Of a stretch of 64,000 nucleotides of DNA, positions 14,110 through 23,700 are shown piece after piece (position 1 is the first letter of the stretch; each line of letters starts with the position of its first letter). The DNA comes from Octopus vulgaris (Eukaryota), in the NCBI GenBank assembly GCA_951406725.2, contig OX597814.1, positions 40,238,001 through 40,302,000 of the forward strand. The letters run 5' to 3'. Below the pieces are notes generated by a model. That model was not told the DNA's origin, did not search any database, and saw only the letters and a list, made by a program, of their open reading frames with translations. The position numbers and the translations under genes were made by a program.

Positions 14110-14912
14110 GATATCTTTAAGGCCGCAGCCCCCTATTACAACGAGGCCCTGGCCCGCAGTGGTTTTAAAGATAAGATTACCTACACTAGTATAGCCCCAC
14201 GCCAACCCAGGAAAAATAGACGAAGACACATTAGCTGGTACAACCCCCCTTCAACCGTGAGGTCGCTACACCTGTAGCTAAGATCTTTTTCACTCTCCTA
14301 CAGAAACACTTCCCCACCCAACATAAGTACTACACTATCCTAAATAAGAACACTATTAGACTCTCCTACTCTACCACGCCCAACCTAGCCAGGAACCTAG
14401 CCAACAACAATGTGAAAAAACTTAACATATCTACTTTCTCCGGGGCCCATCCAACGTCCGATAGCAATTGCAACTGCCATGATAAAACCACCTGCCCCCT
14501 CAACAACAACTGCCTACAGAGGGACCTAGTATATAAATGCGAGGTAAGATCAGGCCTTGACGATAAAAGTAAATCCTACATTGGAATGACGTCAAACAGC
14601 TTTAAGACCCGCTGGTACGCACATACACACTCGTTCCGGCGACAGGATAAATCCAACCAAACTACCCTCGCCGCCCACATCTGGTACCTTAAAAGGAACT
14701 CAATCCCCTTCAAGACCAAGTGGAAACTACTACAGAAGGCGCGCTCGTACACAGGAGGACATACCTGCTGTGACCTATGCATATCAGAGAGCCTAGAGAT
14801 CTTGTTCGCCAAAGGCCCTCTCCTTAACAAATTTTCAGAACACTCCCCAAATTGCATGCATAAGAAGTATGCGAACTACAAGAACTATAGACCTACCCGG
14901 CAACCTGATTGA
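14110..14912 (+). CDS. PLE polyprotein C-terminus: RT thumb/linker plus GIY-YIG endonuclease (5'-truncated, one frameshift in the C-run at 14244-14249)
   Basis: DIFKAAAPYYNEALARSGF...RRRHISWYNPP/FNREVATPVAKIFFTLLQKHFP...LSYSTTPN...CNC....CPL...CL..LVY...YIGMT..FKTRW.AH...CDLCISE...LLNK. The GIY-YIG Y/G/R/H/E/N residues are present. Confidence 0.9.
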
Positions 14913-14975
14913 TGACAACCCCCACCCCTACAACCCCCCCCTACAACCCCCCCAACCCCACTGTTCCCCTAGCAA

Positions 14976-15148
14976 CCCCGATTACCTTTTCTCCTAAGAC
15001 CTTTCACATATTATATGTGCACGCTTGTATATGTGTATCGTATGTATGTATATATGTATAGAAATGCATGGGTACAGTAGGAATATACGCATGTATTATG
15101 TGTGTGTGTGTGTATGTATGCATGTAAAAATATATATGTATATATATT

Positions 15149-15189
<41 letters not shown>

Positions 15190-15826
15190 GCTTGTATGTG
15201 TGTGTGTGTGTATATGTGTACATGTGTTTGTATGTATATGTGTATATATGTATATGCATATGTATGTGTAAATGTATGTGTTTATGTATGTGTATGTATG
15301 TATAAAATATTATATAATTAGGGCTTAGTAAAATAAAATAAATTACTTTGCCACATACTAAACTTTCTAGAAATAGCAGCCAATAAAGTTTTTAGCCTCT
15401 TCCACTACTTAGAGAATTTTTTCCCTCTAACATTGTTTACTCAAAATAATAATGGTCCCTTTACATACTGAACACTTGATGAAATTGATTAATAACTAAT
15501 TAACTTTACCCTCCCTTGTTGATATATATATATATATGTATATGTGTACATGTATGTATATATATGTGTGTGTGTATGTGTGTATGTATGTATTTGTATA
15601 TGTGTGTGTGTATATGTATGTGTGCGCGTGTGTGTGTATGTATGTGTATGTATACTTGTATTGTATATGTATATGCATGAATGTATATATATGTGTGTGT
15701 GTGTATATATATGGATGCGCGTGCGTGTGTGCACGTGTATGGGTACGCATGTATATGTGTATGTGCGTGTATGTGTATACGTGTATGTATGTATGTGTGT
15801 GCGTAGATTTGTATATGTATGTGTGA

Positions 15827-15863
<37 letters not shown>

Positions 15864-16037
15864 TGGGTGTGTGTATGCGTATAAATGCATGTAAGTATGG
15901 ATGTATGGATGTATGTATGTATGTATACGTATGTATGTGTGTATGTGTGTATGTATATATATGTGTGTATATATGTTTGTGTATGTATATATATATGTGT
16001 ATGTATGTGTGTGTATATGTATGTGTGTATGTGTATG

Positions 16038-16087
<50 letters not shown>

Positions 16088-16942
16088 TATGTATCTGTAT
16101 GTAGGAGTATATATGTGTGTGTGTGTATGTATGTGTGTGTATATATATATATATGTATATTTATTGGTGTATATGTATAGACTAGCCTCCTAAAGTGTAG
16201 ACACGAATCTGTAGGTACGAGTACGTATGTGTATATACGTGAACGTATGTAGATGTTTGTATGTATGAATATAACGCGTGCGTACGTGTATGTGTATGAG
16301 TGTACGAATGGGTGAATGTACGTGCTAATGAGTGTGCGTGCGGGAATGAGTACTTGCCTTCTAGTAGACAGACAAATGGACATGCAGCCATAGCCAGGAT
16401 TCTTAGATCTAGCGATCAAAGATAACAAAAGTATAAATGAAGATAATAAAATTAAAATTAGGGAATGGGCCTGTATTGGACTGTATATATATATATATAT
16501 ATATATATTTGTATGTATGTATGTGTGTATGTGTAGGTATGTATAGGTACACATGTGTATGTGTATGTGTATGTATATGTGTGTATGTATGTATGGATAT
16601 ATATGTATGCGTGTATATGTATATATATATATATATATATGTACATAGGTGTATGTGGGTGTATGTATATATAGGTGTAAATATGTGTATATAGGGAACT
16701 AGGTGTGTTGTGTGTGCATGAGTGTATGTGCGTATGAATATATATTTTTCTGTGTATATATGTATGTGTGGTCGTGGGTATATATATATATATACATGTG
16801 TGTATGCGTGCATGCATGGGAGTGAGTGTATGCATATATACGTGTGTGTATGTGTAGACAGGTATAGGCATGTGCATGTGTATAAATTTGTATATGTGGG
16901 CGGGTGTATGTATGTGTGTATGTAGATAGGTATGTATGTGTG

Positions 16943-16989
<47 letters not shown>

Positions 16990-17365
16990 ATATATATATG
17001 TGTATGTATGTGTGTGTAGATACGTATACATGTGTGTATAGGTATAAGTGAGAATCTCCTTATTTACCTATAACTCTATCCCCCCTTTTTTTATATATAT
17101 ATTTTTATATATATATTTTTTATATATATTTTTTTTTTTTTTTATTTTTTTATTTATCTATTCTTTCATCTAACTTACCACTGACTCCTTGACCACTCCC
17201 CCAAGTATGATATTTTGCGCTATGCCTACCCCCAAAAAGTCCCCCACCACCACTCCTTTAAACCTGCCTAAATGTATAAATGCTAATACAATTCTTGTTA
17301 AATAGCTTCCTGAAGATTTCTCTTGAATGAAACAGTACTAGTCCTGTAGAAGCTCCTTCTATATA

Positions 17366-17371
<6 letters not shown>
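14976..17371 (+). repeat. Right arm / 3' pseudo-LTR (~2.4 kb) of the PLE
   Basis: Inverted copy of the left arm lacking about 0.7 kb (left-arm ~12695-13390). Confidence 0.95.
17304..17354 (+). ncRNA. Minimal type I hammerhead ribozyme
   Basis: agcttc-CUGAAGA-u/uuc-ucuu-gaa/u-GAAA-cag-uACUAGUc-cug-UA-gaagcu. Stem I is 6 bp, the core is canonical, loop III is palindromic, and the GUA triplet predicts a cut after 17348. The first stem II pair is U-U. Confidence 0.85.
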
Positions 17372-17430
<59 letters not shown>

Positions 17431-17437
<7 letters not shown>

Positions 17438-17713
17438 TGGGCTTGACTGCTAGCAACTCGGCCGTATGCTAGAAACAGATCATCAACGATCAAACTACAA
17501 GGGTATTTCTAGAGGAAAAATTCAGCGAACACCAGAACCAAATTTGGCGGGGAGGACAGATGAAAATTTATATTTTCATCTGTCCTGCCCGCCAAATTTA
17601 GTTCTGGTGTTCGCTGAATTTTTCCTCTAGAGAATTCCTTTGTAGTTTGATCGTTGATGATCTATTTCTAGCATACGGCCGACTTCCTAGCAGTCAAGCC
17701 CTGCCAATATACA
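17431..17713. mobile_element. MITE-like fold-back palindrome (~140-bp arms, 4-nt loop)
   Basis: tgtatattgggcttgactgctag...gatgaaaat-ttat-attttcatc...ctagcagtcaagccctgccaatataca. Few mismatches between the arms. Confidence 0.8.
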
Positions 17714-17814
17714 CATATATTAGAATTTTCTCTGACTTCTCAGATTTTTTGTATGCTAGACTACTGGTTTTAAATTGATATTAAAATTAATATTAATTTA
17801 TCTCCCTCATTATT

Positions 17815-17854
<40 letters not shown>

Positions 17855-17857
<3 letters not shown>

Positions 17858-18012
17858 GACGTACTTCTTTCAGTTTCCGACTACCAAATCCACTCACAAG
17901 GGTTTGGTTTCCCCGGGGCAATAGTAGAAGACACATCAGTCACGCAGTTGGACTGAACCCGGTACCAGGTGGTTGGTAAGCAAACTACTTACCATACAGC
18001 CACTCTCGCGCC
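17855..18012 (-). mobile_element. SINE family A, 5' half (continuation of 10685-10900)
   Basis: Collinear with 33115-33268. The tRNA-like head reads ggcgcgagagtggctgtatggtaagtag...gggttcagtcc on the minus strand. Confidence 0.85.
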
Positions 18013-18654
18013 TATTATAAAAAACATTTTGCAAGAACCCCTCGAAATAAATCGAAATATAAGACATAGAAATTGATAGACATTACTAAACAAATGCCTG
18101 GAGGGATTGCTCAGAGAGATGTAATTCATGACAGTGGCGGAAACGCAAAGAGATGACCGTGAAGAAAGAAATACTTGTTTACTGGAGAAGGAAATAGTCT
18201 CATTCATATTGTTCTTATGCTGTCTTTGTAATGAGAAGAAATGACAGTGTTATTCAAATGAGATTTTTTTTATAATCTCTGCCGTGTTCTAATTTATTTG
18301 TATAATTATGAGTCTGGTTTGAGACGTATTGGTCAAAATTATGTTAAAAATTATTGAATGGTAAAATAATTATAAGTAAATTTTATTTCAATTATTAGCT
18401 CGGGTCAAAGCAACATTTTAAAACCAATTGATTGTGCTCATCATACAAATTATAGTATTCTGACGTAATCTGTAATTTACGCTTATTCGAATCTAGCTTT
18501 TAATAAAAGTTGCTTTGCAAGTAGAGTCTACAAAAATTATTGGCATTCATTCAGCGAAAATAAGCGTATGCTGCTTACATAATATATTTACGTGAGAACA
18601 CGTATATTTATGTACACATGCAAAGTACATATATATATATTCTCTTCTGTGTGT

Positions 18655-18713
18655 ATTCTACTGACGAGGAAAAGCATTACTAAATGCAAATTCAGAAATC
18701 CGGGACCTAGAAT
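18655..18713 (+). ncRNA. Hammerhead-like motif, probably decayed, in a PLE-type terminus ending at (TAA)n/(TA)n
   Basis: attcta-CTGACGA-ggaaaa.gcatt.acta.aatgc.aaattca-GAAA-tccggga-CC-tagaat. Stem I is perfect, but U16.1 is replaced by C. Confidence 0.6.
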
Positions 18714-18832
18714 TATCCATTAATTTTTTACTAGTTTCATCTTTTCTCTTTGATTTCTCTCCGTATTGATATATGGATAATTAAGGTGGTTTTAGAGTCA
18801 GATCATGGTGGTATGTCGTAGATACCCACATT

Positions 18833-18900
<68 letters not shown>

Positions 18901-18924
18901 ATATCTATATATCTATATATATAC

Positions 18925-18980
<56 letters not shown>

Positions 18981-19014
18981 GAAGGTTTGAAAATGCAATT
19001 TAAAAGATGTTTAT

Positions 19015-19059
19015 TTACTTAACCGGTTTCACTCTTTGGTAAAAGATTGTCAAAAGTAA
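19015..19059 (-). ncRNA. Type I hammerhead, U3-A8 core variant (mirror copy)
   Basis: Exact reverse complement of 19688-19732. Confidence 0.65.
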
Positions 19060-19687
19060 CATTGAATATTATGGACTCAAAAAAGTTTTTTACATAATTG
19101 CCACATTGAATATTATGAATTCAAAAAGTTTTTTACATAATTGTCACATTACATGTATAAATATAGTGTTTCGTAACAGAGATATGTTAAGGGCGAGCCA
19201 TAAACAGAACAAAACTGGGTACACATTTTTTTCTCTCAATTCAACATTTCTGCTGAAGCGAACAGGTCAGTAAAAACAAACTCTCGCCTTCAATTCAAAA
19301 TATTCTGAGATGTATAAAATACTCATTTTAATTTTTTCTGTCAATATTACAAATTTTCTCACCATACTATTGCACTTCCTTATGTCTTTAACATGTCCTT
19401 TCTACCAAAGACTGTATATATATACATGTAATGTGACAATTTGCGACAACCGATAATTAACGCAACCAAATTTCCAATAATATATTTGTTTTATTCTTTT
19501 CTGCCAATTTTTTCCAAATATTCTCATCACACTATCGAACTTCTTTATGCCCTTAACATATTTCTGTTACCAAACACTATATTTATACATGTAATGTGAC
19601 AATTATGTAAAAAAAACTTTTTTGAATTCATAATATTCAATGCGGCAATTATGTAAAAAAACTTTTTGGAATCCATAATATTCAATG

Positions 19688-19732
19688 TTACTTTTGACAA
19701 TCTTTTACCAAAGAGTGAAACCGGTTAAGTAA
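19688..19732 (+). ncRNA. Type I hammerhead, U3-A8 core variant
   Basis: uuacuu-UUGACAA-ucuuu.uacc.aaaga.gu-GAAA-ccgg-UU-aaguaa. Stem I is 6 bp, stem/loop III is the palindrome CCGG, and the triplet is GUU. Confidence 0.65.
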
Positions 19733-19808
19733 ATAAACATCTTTTAAATTGCATTTTCAAACCTTCTTTCGTATATAATTCCACTCGTGCGATACCCCAC
19801 AACTCAAC

Positions 19809-19892
<84 letters not shown>

Positions 19893-21104
19893 CATACATA
19901 CATGCGTGTGTGTGTGTGAAGTTTTAAATGCGTTACTGCACATATAGTCGTAATATCAAATATATATTCTGGAGCCTCGTTTACACTGGGAATTTTCAAA
20001 CGAACACTTATATATCACTTGCATTGTTTATGTATTTCAAATTTGGGGCTAAGACCAGCAGTTTTGAGGAAGTGAAATCGGTTACATCCACACCAGTGTT
20101 CCACTACTACTCAATTTATCGATCATGAAAATATGAAAGGGGAATATGAATTCAGAATTTGAAGAGGGAGAAAAGAGCGCTAAAATGTTTGCCCGGCGTG
20201 CTATCGTTTTTGTCAAGACGCTGATTTAAAACTGGATTCATTACTTAAAACATATGCTTATATGTCTTTTTACTTTGCTTTTAAAGGTGTCTTCTAATCT
20301 AATCTATAAGACATGTATTCAATATTTGCATGAATTCATATCGCATTCAACTGTTTGTACATTACATTATACATTTTGGGGATAAAAAAATTAATTGATA
20401 ATCCCAGTTGAGGTAATTTTAAAAACATTTTAATGCATTTACTTCACACTAGTGGGTTTATATTCTGTAACAGACAAGAATTACGTGCTATTTTCTGTTA
20501 GTGATTTTTAAGTGATTTCTTACATTGCCTATAGTTTCTATGATGTACTATGCTATTATGCTAGTATTCGCATGTTACATTGTGATATGTTTAATTGGAT
20601 GCGGAGGAAACAATAAAGGAGAAAAGGGGATAGAGATATAGAAGCGTATTTACTGGAGGAGAATGCAGTTGCGATAGAAGATAGTAGGCAGAGAATGCAA
20701 TTATATTCAATGATTAAATGCGTAGTTTTAGGAAGATGAGCAGACAGAAAATGGGAGTGGGAGAGTAACAGAGGGGGAGATAGTGTTCAAGAGAATAAGA
20801 GAGGGGGAGACAGAGTGAGAAAGTAAGAGAGGAAGGGAGAGGGAAAATATTTTACTGGAGGTAATACGATGGCTGTGAAGTTTAAGGAAATAGAATGCTA
20901 CGGAAATTAAAACTATCGATAACTACTTTTTAATCGCCACTAACTTAACCAGGATGATTTACCGCAATTAATAATTGTAATCTACTGAATCGAACTTTTT
21001 TTTATAATATACATAATTATTATTATTCTCCCGACTTGGTATGTAATTTTCTAATTCTGGAAAGGAGGCCTATGATATACCATATTAGAAATGATTAATC
21101 CTTA

Positions 21105-21600
21105 TTTACAAACATGTTACCAGTTCAAATATGCTCCAGGAACAGTCGAACCTGTGAAGAGGCCATTCACTGTATTTCATCAGGGAGTTAATTTCTGAAT
21201 GCAGAAAAATACATGTCAATATTTGAACGGGCAACAAGTTTGTATTTATACACATCACTCCTTAGCATTGTCAATAAGTATTCTATTTACGGTGGGTCAC
21301 TGAATAGCACAACCGTCATTTCAATGATGACGGGAATATCATAAGAGTGACCTATCTTTCGTGTCAGTGCGAATCGTCTGCCTTTCAGGTGTCTTGCTGA
21401 AAATGAGATAAACACTCTGAAATACATGCATTCTACATTCTAGTTAATGGACCTAAGAAATACTTTGTGTATTTACATCTATTAATCTACAGCGAGAAAT
21501 TTTCTCCATGACAAATTACAGTGAATGGTTTGCTTACGAGTCCGAATATATCTGAAGCATATTTGTAATGGTAACAAGTTTGTATTAATACATACACATC
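21105..21600. repeat. Old diverged inverted repeat (21105-21200 vs 21490-21590) with an extra direct partial copy at 21218-21260
   Basis: Shared blocks tacagtgaatgg and gcatatttg.a.tggtaaca.gtttgta occur on opposite strands. Confidence 0.55.
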
Positions 21601-22166
21601 ACTGATTATCACTGTTATCCTGTATTATAAGTTATGTAATATTATAGCTTACACAATAGATTGTTAAGTGAATATAAGCTCTTATATTCATGATTATTGG
21701 ATTTCGGCTAGTAGCTGAGGCACAGCCTTTAAACATAGGGCCTAACTTAGCGACAACAGTACATATTTTGAAAATTACATTATTTTAGCAATTTGCATTT
21801 AATGAAGAGCTAAGTTTCAGAAACATAAGAATATTGACATGCTTAAACGCCATAATAGAAATACTACGTCACACCTATGTATTATTAACTTTAAAAGAGT
21901 TTCTATCTAGCAAACTTCTCTCAAATAATTGTAATACTTTTAGAACTTTTTTGCATTTCTCCAGCTCTCAAAGACAGTTATACAGTAGCAGCATGTTAAA
22001 GTGATGGTGTGTTGCCAACTTAAAGAGGTAGTCCCAGGAAAGGAAATAATGCTGCTGCTATTTAGCCCCAAGAAACACCGTTTCAGGTTGGGTACGTGTA
22101 AAAGAATTCTGTGTCCTTAAGTTTTCAAACAGGACAGATATGTACCCCCAGCAAACATAGCCAGCA

Positions 22167-22209
22167 TCCAGAGACTAGTTCCAGGGTAGTTGCCCTTTAT
22201 CAGTCTGGA
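22167..22209 (-). ncRNA. Decayed type I hammerhead
   Basis: uccaga-CUGAUAA-aggg.caacua.cccu-GGAA-cuag-UC-ucugga. Stems I and II are intact, with palindromic CUAG and a GUC triplet. Two core substitutions (G8A, A13G). Confidence 0.65.
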
Positions 22210-22230
22210 GTAGCTTGGCCTTGCTACCAT

Positions 22231-23700
22231 ATTTCTTTATTAAGAGCATACAGCTCTTACAGAGAAAGGACGAACAAAGAGAGACAACACAATACAGTGG
22301 GGTACATAACGCAAAAATCGAATGGATATGAATATAGCGATAAAATGAAAACCATGAAATGTCTTACTTCAGTCACATACGCAAGTAGCGTCATTTATCT
22401 CTTTATGTAATTCATGTTCGTGTACAGTTTATTGCACTTCTCTTTTTTTTAAATACGTTTCAATTTTGCAAATTTTACTTTTATATTCATCGACAAAGTA
22501 TTGCACGAGGACTTCGAATTACACCGCTGGTGGCAACTAGTCACATCGAAACCACTGCTGTGTCAATTCAATCTGCTCACCGAACAATTCTTTCAATATA
22601 CACACCCTGAAGTTGTTGTTGACAAAGAACAGCAGTAATTTGATTCCGCTGAATACACGTCACTGATTGGTTGAAATTACTGAAATACGAGAAATTTTAA
22701 CACGAAATAACTTCGTAAGCATAAACTTTTCTCAAAAACGCTAAGAGTAAAAGATATTTTATATGAAACATTCTAACAATATACGAAGTTTGAAAGTGTT
22801 TAGTTACAAAAATTATTTTCTAAATCTACCGGTCAAAACGTAAATAATCTTTTGCCGTCCTCCGGTAACAGATCTCATCCACAATTTTATGCAGATCCGG
22901 GACGCTGATTTGGACAGTCACCTCAAGGTCGTATCCAAACTAGTTCACCTCCGTTGTCCTCGTGACATTCAAGAAATTGGTTTCCTCCTCGGTGTTGAAG
23001 AGTATGGCCACCACAAGCCATGTTTCATCTATTTCTGAGGTAGTCTGCATATCCTAATTCTGGCCGCTCTTTTCCAACAATAGGTCGGCAGCAGTGCCCT
23101 CTCATCCGACCTTAATGGCACAGTGGAGTACATTAGTGCGTCTTGTTCGGTCGCAAACTGTACCTCCACAGTGCCGTACTTCTTGCCTCTAGTGTAGTAC
23201 GTGGTAAGGTGCATCATCTCTTTCACGCACTCCTCAATTTTTTCAATACTTGCTAATTGGATATTTGTCTGCTGTTCGACAGTATTCTATAAACAACTTT
23301 TTTTTTGGAGGGGTCAGTCTCATGGTGACTCCTTTAGCAATTATCTTATTCGGTTTTTTAAGTCTTCTTTTCTCAAACTTGACTTCTTTGACTTGTAGAG
23401 CATGGCCATTTGCTCTCCTTCCTGCTGCTGTAGCATAGCTCACGTCTAATTGAGTGTCCAATTGAGCGTCGTAGGTTAACATAATTTCCAGAAATTCTCT
23501 TCATAAATTCACAATTCAATAAATAAGTTGCACAAATCTTCAAACCCCGATAGAACGAAAATTACTATTTTCTACTGGAAAGCAATTCAAATCCCTAAAA
23601 AATCTTCAATATAAATATAACAAAATTCACAATAATAGAACAGGAAACGAACTTACATACCGCAGGTAATAACTGAGAACACCTCCGTATCGTAGACGAA
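22231..23700 (-). mobile_element. Tx1/L1-type LINE derivative with a frameshifted ORF1 (23482 to ~22860), apparently interrupted by unrelated sequence at ~22420-22850
   Basis: ORF pieces VSYATAA... and YYTRGKKYGTVEVQF...LLPTYCWKRAARIRICRLP are similar to the ORF1 at 44910-45284. The 3' end has AATAAA (minus strand) at ~22236, and a second similar 3'-end copy lies at 23715-23780. Confidence 0.6.

Larger units (their letters stand above)
10935..17371 (+). mobile_element. Penelope-like retroelement, 5'-truncated, with an inverted pseudo-LTR
   Basis: Inverted arms 11004-14099 and 14976-17371 flank a GIY-YIG coding core. A hammerhead lies at each outer end, the left arm has an extra 69-nt tail (10935-11003), and (TA)n flanks both sides. 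Confidence 0.92.
18977..19812 (+). mobile_element. Non-coding mini-PLE with inverted terminal arms (18977-19194 / 19549-19770) and a 42-nt one-sided tail
   Basis: Near-perfect ~220-bp inverted arms, each with a hammerhead-like motif, and (TA)n on both flanks. Same layout as the large PLE but no visible sequence similarity. Confidence 0.8.

Noticed and set aside
14412-14912. Standalone 166-aa GIY-YIG gene starting at the listed start
   Set aside because: The start is GTG, and PLE-like coding sequence continues upstream to 14110 across a single frameshift, so this is the C-terminus of a truncated polyprotein.
11004-17371. Interpretation as a DNA transposon with giant TIRs
   Set aside because: No DDE transposase. 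The GIY-YIG/RT-thumb core, hammerheads and one-sided tail fit a PLE with an inverted pLTR.
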